Shown here in pieces: positions 7,507-15,721 of a stretch of 64,000 bases of DNA; within the stretch, counting starts at the first letter, position 1, and every line of letters begins with the position of its first letter. Position numbers and translations under genes: made by a program. Origin of the DNA: a virus. Taxonomy: Duplodnaviria > Caudoviricetes. The stretch is taken from IMG/VR virus record IMGVR_UViG_3300044706_000051, positions 1,600-65,599 of that record; one strand, 5' to 3'. Below the pieces are notes generated by a model. It ran no database searches. It saw only the letters and a program-made list of their open reading frames with translations, and was not told where the DNA came from.

Positions 7507-9509
7507 TTCTCGCTCCAGCGGTCACACACTTTGACGTCAGCCACCAAGGGTACGCGAAGCGGCGTCGGGAGGCTGACCCCCTCCATGCACCGCCGGACGA
7601 CATCGGCCGTCTCCTCGGCCAGCTCCTCGGGGGTCTGCACCACCAGCTCGTCGTGGACGGTCAGCATCAGCACCGAGGGCGTGTCGTGCAGTTCCCGGTA
7701 GAGGCCGACCATGGCGACCTTCTGAATGTCACCGGCCGAGCCCTGGATCTTGGTGTTGACCACCTGGCGCTCGGCGGCGCGCGCCCGGCCAAATTCGTAG
7801 GAGAACAGGTCGGGCAGGTGCCGGCGCCGGCCGAGGATCGTCGTGACGTACGGATCCTGGCGCCGGCAGCCGCGCTCCTTGGCCTCGACGGCCGAGATCC
7901 GGGTGGCCTTGCACTTCCTGATGAGCTGACGCCGCCAGGGAACGACCCGCTTGTAGGTGCCGAAGAAGGCGTCGATAAGATCCTCGGCCTCCGACAGGCT
8001 GGGAACGCCGTAGCGCTCCACCAGGGTGCTGGCCTGGGCGCCGTAGGCCATGCTGAAGTTGCAGTTCTTCGCCCGGCTGCGCTTCTCCTTCGGCACCGGC
8101 TGGTCATCAGGGATGTGGTAGGCGCGCCGGGCCGTCATCTCATGGAGGTCGAGCCCCTCCTGGTACGCCTGGATGAGCAGCGGATCGCGGCTGAAGTGGG
8201 CCAGCAGGCGCAGCTCGATCTGGCTGTAGTCGGCCACGATCAGCTTGTGGCCGGGCGGGGCGATGAACAGGCCCCGGATCTCGCTGTTGTTCCGCACCGG
8301 GATGTTCTGGAGGTTCGGCGTCCGGCAGGAAAACCGGCCCGTCCGGGCGCCGCGCTGGTCGAAGTCGGCGTGGATCCGGGTGCCGTTCAGCCGGCGCCGG
8401 ATGTTCAGGACGTAGGTGGCGTGGAGCTTGTGCAGCTCGGACCACTTCAGGATGTCCTTGACCACCGGGTCGTTCCGCAGGCTCCTGGTGGCCTGGAGGG
8501 CCGCCGCCGACACCTGAGGCTCGCGGCGCTTGTCGGTCATGTACTCGGGATGCGGATGATGGCCCCGGCCCCCCTTCCACTGGCCGGTAGCGTCCTGCTT
8601 GCCGAACAGCAGATAGATGACCTCGGCATTGGCGTTGAGGTTGATGTCCCAGCCGGCGGCGTCGGCGATGCGGTCGTAGACCTCGGCCAGCTCGGCCTCC
8701 AGCCGGACGCCTAGGGCGTCGAGGCCGGCGACGTCGATCTCGACCCCGGCCTCCTCCATCCAGACGACGCACTGGAGGACGTCCATTTCGAGCTGGAACA
8801 GCTCCTCTAGGCCGGCGAGGCGCTCGGCGTAGCGCCTGTAGAGCAGCCAGGTGTACTTCGAGTCGTGCCAGGAGTAATTGGCGGCCTCGGCGAATGGGTA
8901 GTTCTCCACGCCCTTGCGCCCCAGGCTCTTGTCGTAGATGTAGCTCAGCTCCCGGTTGACGCACTGGCCCAGGGAGTAGGGCGAGCCGCCGCGGTGCGTC
9001 TCGTTGATCAGGAAGGCGGCGATCATCGTGTCGAAGTACGACGGCGGTGGAACGGCCCCGTAGATCTTGGCCGCCACCTCCAGGTCGAATTTCAGGCCGT
9101 GCCCGATTTTCAGCGCCGGCCCGAAGAACAGCGGCTCCAGCTCGGAGAACACTGCCTGCGGTTCGAGTTGGTCCGGGGGTAGACCGAATATCGGGGTCGG
9201 CTTGCGGTTCTTGAGCGGCCGGCTCCCGTCCTTGGTCATCGGGACGTCCCACCGGACGATGTTGCCCAGGGGGTGGCCGAAGGGAATGACGTCGGCCCGC
9301 CCCGGGCCGGCCAGGCTCAGCCAGAAGGGGACGGCGTGACGGGGATCGTCGCGGCGCTCGCCCATCGTCTCGAAGTCGAAGGCGAAGGCGTCGAATTCAC
9401 AGTAGGTGGCGGCGATCTCCTTGAGCTGCGCCCGGGTCGTGACGATATTGAGCGAACGGTAACGCTGGCGGGAGGTCAGCGAAGCAGCCGTCGTCCCTGC
9501 CAGCGTCAC
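7503..9509 (-). CDS. polA: family A DNA polymerase with 3'-5' exonuclease domain
   Basis: ExoI AFDFET; RTGRFSCRTPNLQNIP; motif A ADYSQIELRLLAH; motif B RAKNCNFSMAYG; motif C LTVHDEL. Confidence 0.96.
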   Translation of the reverse strand: MTLAGTTAASLTSRQRYRSLNIVTTRAQLKEIAATYCEFDAFAFDFETMGERRDDPRHAVPFWLSLAGPGRADVIPFGHPLGNIVRWDVPMTKDGSRPLKNRKPTPIFGLPPDQLEPQAVFSELEPLFFGPALKIGHGLKFDLEVAAKIYGAVPPPSYFDTMIAAFLINETHRGGSPYSLGQCVNRELSYIYDKSLGRKGVENYPFAEAANYSWHDSKYTWLLYRRYAERLAGLEELFQLEMDVLQCVVWMEEAGVEIDVAGLDALGVRLEAELAEVYDRIADAAGWDINLNANAEVIYLLFGKQDATGQWKGGRGHHPHPEYMTDKRREPQVSAAALQATRSLRNDPVVKDILKWSELHKLHATYVLNIRRRLNGTRIHADFDQRGARTGRFSCRTPNLQNIPVRNNSEIRGLFIAPPGHKLIVADYSQIELRLLAHFSRDPLLIQAYQEGLDLHEMTARRAYHIPDDQPVPKEKRSRAKNCNFSMAYGAQASTLVERYGVPSLSEAEDLIDAFFGTYKRVVPWRRQLIRKCKATRISAVEAKERGCRRQDPYVTTILGRRRHLPDLFSYEFGRARAAERQVVNTKIQGSAGDIQKVAMVGLYRELHDTPSVLMLTVHDELVVQTPEELAEETADVVRRCMEGVSLPTPLRVPLVADVKVCDRWSEK

Positions 9510-9522
9510 CGCAGCTCCCTTT

Positions 9523-10233
9523 CTAGTCCTCGTCCTCGAAGTCTTCGTCCAACATCTCGGCAGCGATTTCCTTGAGCTGCTTCCGAGTCGGGATCTTGAT
9601 GACCGAGGAGTCCTTCACCTTCGTCTTGTACTTGGCGATGACGTCGTCGTCCAGCGGCTCCAGGTCCCAGTCCTCCTTGAGGTCCCGGGCCTTGACGGGG
9701 TCGATGGAGTACGACGTCTTCGACTTCTTGCCGGTGCGGCTCACGGCCCAGTAGATGTCGTTGCGGTCCAGGGGACCGGTCCGCTTGTCCCGGGCCTTGG
9801 CTTCGAGCTGCTCGGCCAGCCGGGGACCCACCTCCCACACCTTGTTGATCGGCTTCCCATCCGAGAGCAGCAGGACGTTGAAGGCGATGCGGAACCCCGG
9901 GTTGTCGCCGGCATCGCAGAGCGGGCAGTCGTCCTCGATGCACACCCAGCTCCGCTTGCCGGACTGGCGGTCGATCCAGTGCTGGCGGAAGGAGGCGAAC
10001 GGCTCGGGCTCCAAGAACCGCACCAGCATGGCTTCGCCGCTGTCATCGAATTTCAGGAAGTCGGCGCCGTAGCCGGACTTCGCCTTGGTTTCCCGATAGC
10101 CGCCCCAGCCGGACCTGACGTGGGATTCGGCCTCCTCGTCGTCTTCGGCCTCGTCCTCGTCCTGCTCCTCGACGTCGTCCTCGGGCTCCTCGTCCGGTTC
10201 CTCGACCCGGCTCTTCATCACTCGCCGCATCAA
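9523..10233 (-). CDS. T4 gp32-like single-stranded DNA-binding protein
   Basis: VRFL...FRQHW...C.EDDCPLC, acidic N- and C-termini, next to polA. Confidence 0.75.
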   Translation of the reverse strand: MMRRVMKSRVEEPDEEPEDDVEEQDEDEAEDDEEAESHVRSGWGGYRETKAKSGYGADFLKFDDSGEAMLVRFLEPEPFASFRQHWIDRQSGKRSWVCIEDDCPLCDAGDNPGFRIAFNVLLLSDGKPINKVWEVGPRLAEQLEAKARDKRTGPLDRNDIYWAVSRTGKKSKTSYSIDPVKARDLKEDWDLEPLDDDVIAKYKTKVKDSSVIKIPTRKQLKEIAAEMLDEDFEDED

Positions 10234-10520
10234 TTCCTCGCTTTCTTCGATATGCCGAATGCCTTGATCAAATACGATTTCTTGTTATCCGTCAGCGTGG
10301 TGGCATCCATGATTTCGTCGTGCAGTTGGTCGTTCAGCTCCTGCAAGACGAATTTCGTGAGCGTGTCCTTGGTCGTTGCGAATTCGTCGTCACCCATGTC
10401 TCGTAGATCGTCGTCACTGACACCGATGTCGTTGTTGCTCATCTCGACGTCGGCGCCGAACGAGTATGTCTCATAGTCGGCCATCTTCACGGTGTACCTA
10501 CGGCTGCGCCGGATGATCAC
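10230..10520 (-). CDS. hypothetical protein
   Basis: VIIRRSRRYTVKMADYETYSFGA...; GTGA overlap with upstream gene. Confidence 0.65.
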   Translation of the reverse strand: MIIRRSRRYTVKMADYETYSFGADVEMSNNDIGVSDDDLRDMGDDEFATTKDTLTKFVLQELNDQLHDEIMDATTLTDNKKSYLIKAFGISKKARN

Positions 10521-10951
10521 GACCCCGGCTCCAAATTCGAGAGCGCTGTCAGCGCTGCGCGGACGCGGTCGGTGAACTGCGTCTCGGAGATGCCCTTCTT
10601 CGGGTGGAGGATGCCGGCCTCGTCCACTGTCCCGTCCATCAGCCCCTCGTCGGCGGCGATGGAAACGATGATTTCGAGCTGCGCCCGGGAGTACAGCCGG
10701 CGGGCCTTCTGCCGGACCTGGCCGGGAGTGCGGAAGCTGGCGATGGGCAGGTGCCCGAGGCGCTCCCATTTACGGATCGTGACCGGCGAACGACGCAGAG
10801 CTGCGGCGAGCTGGCCGACCGTGTAGAACTCAGTGGTCGTGCCGTTGATGTTGAAGAGCTTCGGTTTTCCCCAGTCGGCCGGCGGCGGAGGTTCCGGCCG
10901 GTCCCCAATTTCCCGGTCCGTTCCCGGGTAGCGGTCAGCGGTCATTGTCAT
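10517..10951 (-). CDS. MerR-type HTH DNA-binding protein
   Basis: YTVGQLAAALRRSPVTIRKWERLG...RRLYS. Confidence 0.8.
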   Translation of the reverse strand: MTMTADRYPGTDREIGDRPEPPPPADWGKPKLFNINGTTTEFYTVGQLAAALRRSPVTIRKWERLGHLPIASFRTPGQVRQKARRLYSRAQLEIIVSIAADEGLMDGTVDEAGILHPKKGISETQFTDRVRAALTALSNLEPGS

Positions 10952-11507
10952 GCTCCGACTCCTGCACCAGTTGGTGGAACGCCTCCAGATCTTCGCGCCA
11001 TGGGCGCGTCAGTAACCGGTTCCGTAGCACGGCTGCGGGATGGTACGTCGGGAAGTACGTACGGTGCCCGCCAGTGACGAGCTGCCGGATCCAGCTCTGA
11101 CCTCTCTCCTCGCTGATCCTGGCACCGGGCCTCAAGCTCTGCAAGGCCACAGATCCCAGTACCAGCACGAAATCTGGCCTGACCAGGAGTAATTGCGAGA
11201 GGAAATTTTTCCCGCAGGCTCTGACTTCCTCAGGGCGAGGCGTCCGGGTCGGGTAGCAGCAGACAGTATTGAAGAAGACCAGCTCCGAGGGAGTTAATCC
11301 CACCCGCCGCAGGTACTTCCGCAGGAGCTGCCCTGACGGCCCCACGAACGGCTCGCCGGCCCGGTCCTCCATTTCCCCCGGAGCCTCGCCCAGGACGGCG
11401 ATACGGGCTTCCAGAGGGCCGCTCCAGGGGACCGGAGACGACGCAACCCGGTGCAGGTCGCACCGGGTGCATCGGAGGATCTGGCTGCGGACCTGCTCGG
11501 GGTTCAC
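10935..11507 (-). CDS. udg: uracil-DNA glycosylase, family 4
   Basis: CTRCDL, GEAPGEME, PFVGPSGQLL, N..CC.P, C, TYHPAAVLR. Confidence 0.92.
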   Translation of the reverse strand: MNPEQVRSQILRCTRCDLHRVASSPVPWSGPLEARIAVLGEAPGEMEDRAGEPFVGPSGQLLRKYLRRVGLTPSELVFFNTVCCYPTRTPRPEEVRACGKNFLSQLLLVRPDFVLVLGSVALQSLRPGARISEERGQSWIRQLVTGGHRTYFPTYHPAAVLRNRLLTRPWREDLEAFHQLVQESEHDNDR

Positions 11508-11968
11508 CGCATCCGGTGGAGCTGGACGGGAACGGTCGGGATGCCGAGCGCCAGCGCAGCGTTGACCCGATGGCTCCCACCTCGAAGAACGACGCCGCGC
11601 TCGTCAGCGTGCGTGGTGACCTCCAGAGGCTCCTGGATGCCGTTCTGCCGGATCGCCTCCAGCAGGTCAGGGTTCTTCCCCGAATTGATCTCGTCGTGCT
11701 GTACGTGGGGCGCCAGGGCGGCTGTGGATATCTGGTACGTCCCTGTGGGCAACGCCTGGAGGTCCGGGGGCTGCGGCCGGCGCACGGCCAGGGTCGCCTC
11801 GTACTGACGGGGGAACGGACCCATGTGGCCGTGGTCGGGATGGAAGGCAAACCACTGGCGGCCACGCTTCTCGACGCGGCCGATCCGCTGACCACCAGGC
11901 CCGCCGGCCAGAACGTCTCCAGCCCGGGTGGTATGGGTCCGACCATGGAATTCAGCAGACCGGCTCAT
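11504..11968 (-). CDS. ParB/sulfiredoxin-domain protein
   Basis: LLEAIRQNGIQEPLEV...LRGGSHRVNAALALGIPTVPV; start at ATG 11968. Confidence 0.7.
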   Translation of the reverse strand: MSRSAEFHGRTHTTRAGDVLAGGPGGQRIGRVEKRGRQWFAFHPDHGHMGPFPRQYEATLAVRRPQPPDLQALPTGTYQISTAALAPHVQHDEINSGKNPDLLEAIRQNGIQEPLEVTTHADERGVVLRGGSHRVNAALALGIPTVPVQLHRMR

Positions 11969-11969
11969 G

Positions 11970-12383
11970 TCAGCTCTTCCTCGGGATGAAGGCGTAATTG
12001 ATCTTGACCGTGAACATGGCGTCAATATCGTCCTGCGACAATTTCCCGTCGAACATCGCCGCCCGGACGGCGTCCTCGTCCACCACCGTGATCTGCCGAG
12101 TGCACAGAGCGGTCAGCTTCTTGGCGGCCAGCACCTCCAGGGCCTTGTCCTCGTCCAGCGTCTGGTACACCCGGCGCTCCCGCTTCAGGCCGGCGAAGCC
12201 CTCGATCTCCTCGGGGAAGTCGATGTACTCCGAGCCCTTGTCGTCGGTGTAGCCCTGCGTCTCCACGATGGACGAGAGCTGCTTCTTCAGCTCGCTCTCC
12301 CGGGACTCGATCATCTTGCGCTGCTTCGAGAGCCCGATGTACTCGGAGAAGATCGTGGAGATCTTCTTCATGCTGACCGCCAT
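11970..12383 (-). CDS. conserved-looking phage hypothetical protein
   Basis: 137-aa helical ORF with AAAAGGAG RBS. Confidence 0.7.
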   Translation of the reverse strand: MAVSMKKISTIFSEYIGLSKQRKMIESRESELKKQLSSIVETQGYTDDKGSEYIDFPEEIEGFAGLKRERRVYQTLDEDKALEVLAAKKLTALCTRQITVVDEDAVRAAMFDGKLSQDDIDAMFTVKINYAFIPRKS

Positions 12384-12410
12384 CTGAATTCTCCTTTTCG
12401 GGGACACGGT

Positions 12411-12441
12411 GGAGGGGCCGGCGGGTGAGGCCGGCCCCTCC
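12411..12441. terminator. intrinsic terminator-like hairpin after DUF932 gene
   Basis: 12-bp perfect inverted repeat GGAGGGGCCGGC/GCCGGCCCCTCC with 7-nt loop. Confidence 0.7.
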
Positions 12442-12449
12442 GGGGGACT

Positions 12450-13496
12450 TTAATTCGAGACGAGGGCCAGCGTCTTGATGACGTTGGCGTCGGCCTGGGC
12501 AGTGGTCCCGTCCACTGCCCGCAGCATGTTCACCTGGGCGCGGTGGGCGCCTCCCCGCCGGTTGGCGATGTGGTGCTCATAGGTGTTGAACGCCTGAAGG
12601 ACACCGAGGGCCGTGCCCTTCCAGGGGGTGACCCGCTCGTCGTTGTTGTAGAGCTTGGTCAGCTCCTCCCTCTTGTTCACCGCCAGCGTGTAGCCCCGGG
12701 TGGAGAGCTGGCCGGCGGGGATCTCGGGGACGGGGACGAGGGCGTCGAGGACGTTGTTCCAGGCCCGGGTCGTGACCTTCCAGGCGCTGAGCCGCTTGAC
12801 CTCGGCGGCGAATTCCTCGGCGACCTCGAAGATGATCGACAGCGCCGAGCGGGCCTCGGCCAGCTTGAGGGAGCTGCCGGCGGTGTGCTTGACCTTGAAC
12901 ACCTGGCCCTGCTCGGAGAGGCCGGCGGCCAGGGTGTTGTCGCACACCACGTTCTGGACGCAGCGCTTGTAGGTGGTGGCGATGGAACCGTCGAAGGACG
13001 TCGTCGCCAGGAGGTTGGGGCGGAACTCCACGCCCTCGGGGGTGACGATATTCTCGGGCACCTCGATGGACACCCAGGCCACCGCCCGGTTCTTCAGCAG
13101 GCCGGCCGAGCCGATGCCCAGCTCGCCCTTGCTCATGTCGATGAGGTTGGCCGGACCCTCCAGTAGCCACTCGCTGTAGTCGTGGCCGTGGTAGCCCTTG
13201 TTCGTGCCGGCGTCGCCCGAGAAGACACCCAGCACCTCGTTGGTGTCGGAGGTGACCATGGCCTTGCGCTTGGGGACAGGGGCGAACCCGCCGTGGCCGT
13301 CGGGGATGTAGAGGGGGGCCTCGACCACGGTGAAGTTGAAGAGGCGGCGGGTGACGTCGGCGACGGGGATGGCCTCGTCGTAGTGGTTGGACTCCTTGCC
13401 CTGGTGCTCCTGGCGGTAGTGCCACGCCTTGCCCCGCTTCAGCACGAAGCCGATCAGGGTCTTGGTGTTCAACCAGAGGGACGATTCCTGGCTCAT
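12450..13496 (-). CDS. DUF932 / phage-plasmid-like TIGR03299-family protein
   Basis: AGLLKNRAVAW, LLATTSFDGS, VVCDNTL, H.A, KGTALGVLQAF..Y..H. Confidence 0.85.
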   Translation of the reverse strand: MSQESSLWLNTKTLIGFVLKRGKAWHYRQEHQGKESNHYDEAIPVADVTRRLFNFTVVEAPLYIPDGHGGFAPVPKRKAMVTSDTNEVLGVFSGDAGTNKGYHGHDYSEWLLEGPANLIDMSKGELGIGSAGLLKNRAVAWVSIEVPENIVTPEGVEFRPNLLATTSFDGSIATTYKRCVQNVVCDNTLAAGLSEQGQVFKVKHTAGSSLKLAEARSALSIIFEVAEEFAAEVKRLSAWKVTTRAWNNVLDALVPVPEIPAGQLSTRGYTLAVNKREELTKLYNNDERVTPWKGTALGVLQAFNTYEHHIANRRGGAHRAQVNMLRAVDGTTAQADANVIKTLALVSN

Positions 13497-13535
13497 CGGT
13501 GTGTCTCCTTGCTCGATGTTCTGATGGTAAGGACG

Positions 13536-13551
13536 GGGTGTGACGGTTATC
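13536..13551 (+). repeat. 16-bp direct repeat copy 1 (GGGTGTGACGGTTATC)
   Basis: Identical to 16770-16785. Confidence 0.9.
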
Positions 13552-13834
13552 GGGTGAAGGGACGGAGGGCCGGCAGCTCGCGGCCCTCCCGGTGGCTGAG
13601 GAGCATGGACTTCAGCTCGAAGGCGACCATCTCCTGAGCGGAGTCCCGGGCGGCCTGGTAGGCGCCATTGGTGCCGGCGACGTCCTCCCGGCGGATCTGG
13701 ACGGCGAACTCGCCGGCCGGCGTGCGGAACACGACCTCGGCCACGACGTCGAGGCGGTGGGGCTTGGGGGCGGTACAGGTGCAGTATTCATGACGCCGCT
13801 CAGCGGCGGGGGTGCTGGCGCAGTAGTCGCACAT
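13547..13834 (-). CDS. small Cys-rich hypothetical protein (alternative leaderless start at 13927)
   Basis: MCDYCAS...EYCTC; AAGGAG RBS before ATG 13834. Confidence 0.6.
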   Translation of the reverse strand: MCDYCASTPAAERRHEYCTCTAPKPHRLDVVAEVVFRTPAGEFAVQIRREDVAGTNGAYQAARDSAQEMVAFELKSMLLSHREGRELPALRPFTR

Positions 13835-13934
13835 GGTGCTCTCCTTGCTGGGGGCGCCCGGACGGGCGGCCGAAACCTGAACCGCCGCCACCCGGCTGGG
13901 GGAGCTGAGAGCGGCGGCGGTTGTCATGTCTAAT

Positions 13935-13963
13935 ACTATAGCGCCTAGGCGTTGTAGATGGAA
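13935..13963 (-). promoter_or_regulatory. conserved phage promoter copy 1: TTCCAT-17-TATAGT
   Basis: Near-identical to copies at 14829-14857 and 16658-16686; 17-nt spacer; TANNNT -10. Confidence 0.75.
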
Positions 13964-13984
13964 CACCTAGCGGGCAGAATCTTG

Positions 13985-14785
13985 TTAAATACCGGCCTCG
14001 GCGATGATGTCGCTCATCGAGAGGTCGGCCCGGAAGGTGGAGCGCACCCGGATCTCGACGGCCTCGTACTCCCGGGCCAGCTCGGGGTTGTGCTTGGCGG
14101 CGATCAGGAGGTCCGACTTGCTGGCGAAGACGCAGAAGACGCAGCTCAGGCGGGTCATGCCGAAGTCGTACGCCTGGTGGTACGGGGCGCCGCTCTGGCG
14201 GATGTGCTCCCAGACCTCGGCCTCGGTCATGTCGAAGATCGGCAGCCAGCGGGTGACGGTGCGCTTGCCGTTGCTGGCGCTGTCGGGACCGAGGGCCACC
14301 TTCTTGGCCCGAGCCGGCGACTCCTGCGCCCGGATGCCCAGGCAGTTGAGCACCCGCACCGGAGCCGGGCCGTGCTCGGCCTGCCACTCGGCCACCAGCT
14401 TGGTGATCAGCTTGGTGACCTGCGACGTCTTCTGGTCCGAGGTGCAGAACCGGGCGTCGGAGCTGGGCCAGGCCGGCGTGTCGCACTTGCCCTTGGCGTC
14501 CAGGCTCTCCCGGCGGGCCTCGATCTGGTCGAGGAGGTCGCCCTGGGGCCGGCTCACGACCTCGAAGCGCTCGACCCCGTAGAAGCGGGCCTGGCGCTCG
14601 GCCAGCTCCCGGGTGCCGGCCCACTCGACGCGGCCCAGGTCGGCGTGAGCGGCCACGATCCAGCCGGTGAAGCCCTGGCGGGCCGCCTCGGCCATGACCA
14701 CCTCGATCATGACCTGGCTGTCCTTCCCGCCCGAGGTGTTGAGGATGATGATGTCCTGGGCGGTGAAGTCCGGGGTCTGCGCCAT
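13985..14785 (-). CDS. PAPS reductase/DndC-like PP-loop protein
   Basis: LNTSGGKDS, HADLG.VEW, RFCTSDQKT, GIRAQES..R, LPIFD..E.EVW, H.AY..G..RLSCVFC. Confidence 0.85.
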   Translation of the reverse strand: MAQTPDFTAQDIIILNTSGGKDSQVMIEVVMAEAARQGFTGWIVAAHADLGRVEWAGTRELAERQARFYGVERFEVVSRPQGDLLDQIEARRESLDAKGKCDTPAWPSSDARFCTSDQKTSQVTKLITKLVAEWQAEHGPAPVRVLNCLGIRAQESPARAKKVALGPDSASNGKRTVTRWLPIFDMTEAEVWEHIRQSGAPYHQAYDFGMTRLSCVFCVFASKSDLLIAAKHNPELAREYEAVEIRVRSTFRADLSMSDIIAEAGI

Positions 14786-14828
14786 TTCCCTGCTCCTGTT
14801 CTGAGTCCGAGTCAGTGCCACAACAAGA

Positions 14829-14857
14829 ACTATACGGCGTAGGCGCTGTAGATGGAA
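14829..14857 (-). promoter_or_regulatory. conserved phage promoter copy 2: TTCCAT-17-TATAGT
   Basis: Same -35/-10 and shared spacer CTACA.CGCCTA as copy 1. Confidence 0.75.
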
Positions 14858-14888
14858 CCGTTTACGGGCTACGTCTTGCAAAAAGATC

Positions 14889-14909
14889 CGGCCCCCTGGG
14901 TGGGGGCCG
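14889..14909 (-). terminator. intrinsic terminator
   Basis: 8-bp stem CGGCCCCC/GGGGGCCG followed on the minus strand by GATCTTTTTG. Confidence 0.75.
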
Positions 14910-14924
14910 AGAGCTTTGTCCGAT

Positions 14925-15170
14925 TTACTGGGTGGGCTCGAAGTTGAAGTACACCCGGGGGGAGTGGGTGAACTCCAGCGTCCCCTTCACGCCGTCGCTA
15001 CGGCGCCGTACGACCACGAAGGGGGCGGCGAAGCCGATCACCTCGAAGTCCCGGGTCAGCTCCTCTGTCGTCCACGTAGGGGCCTCTGCGGCCACTGCCT
15101 CGGCCAGGTCGTCGGCCGGGGCGCCCTCCGCGATCAGCTTCCTGCGGGTGGCCTCGGTCGGGTCGCTCAT
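14925..15170 (-). CDS. small conserved-looking hypothetical protein
   Basis: WTTEELTRDFEVIGFAAPFVVVRRRSDGVKGTLEFTHSPRVYF; ATGA overlap. Confidence 0.7.
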   Translation of the reverse strand: MSDPTEATRRKLIAEGAPADDLAEAVAAEAPTWTTEELTRDFEVIGFAAPFVVVRRRSDGVKGTLEFTHSPRVYFNFEPTQ

Positions 15171-15373
15171 GCCTCCACCCCCTCGACCGAGCGGAACATC
15201 TCGACGGCCTGGTGGGCCAGCTCCAAGATGCCCTCCAGGGTGTCGTCCTCGAACATGGCCCGGCCGCCGTCGGCGGGGCCGGCGATCCAGCGGTTGGTGG
15301 CAACCCGGGTGATGTGGATCCGGGCGACCCGGTAGTTGTTGGCGTCGATGCGGGTGAAGGTGACGGGGTCCAT
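15167..15373 (-). CDS. small hypothetical protein
   Basis: 68 aa with GAGAGGA RBS; in operon with QueF-like gene. Confidence 0.65.
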   Translation of the reverse strand: MDPVTFTRIDANNYRVARIHITRVATNRWIAGPADGGRAMFEDDTLEGILELAHQAVEMFRSVEGVEA

Positions 15374-15388
15374 TGGTCGTGTCCTCTC

Positions 15389-15703
15389 TCAGGCGGCGAC
15401 GGTGTAGCCGAGGCCGGCCGTCGTCCAGTGGGTCGTGACGGTGAGCTGCTCGGGGCGCAGCTCCAGGGCGATGGCGGCCTTGACGTAGGCCGTCAGTTCT
15501 TCGTGCGTGATCACCACGCCGTCGAAGCTGGCGAGGTAGCGGCGCAGGGCGTGCAGCTCCAGCAGGCGGGTCGCCGGCTTGTAGGTGATCTCCACCTTGC
15601 CGAAGTCCCGCTCCTTGACGACGGGGCAGACGTGGGTGAGGTCGGTGGTCACGGTCAGGGTCAGGCCGGCGGTGCCGGCGTAGGGGATGGTCAGGTCGTC
15701 CAT
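15389..15703 (-). CDS. queF: QueF/QueF-L-like T-fold enzyme
   Basis: THVCPV (catalytic Cys), RDFG (cf. PDF), ELHALRRYL (cf. ELKSLKLYL), HEEL. Confidence 0.8.
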   Translation of the reverse strand: MDDLTIPYAGTAGLTLTVTTDLTHVCPVVKERDFGKVEITYKPATRLLELHALRRYLASFDGVVITHEELTAYVKAAIALELRPEQLTVTTHWTTAGLGYTVAA

Positions 15704-15721
15704 CGGTTCAGCTCCTCGGGC

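Noticed and set aside
13985-14785. Calling this gene queC or cysH
   Set aside because: It lacks the QueC C-terminal Zn-binding Cys arrangement and has no sulfate-assimilation context; only the family-level call is supported
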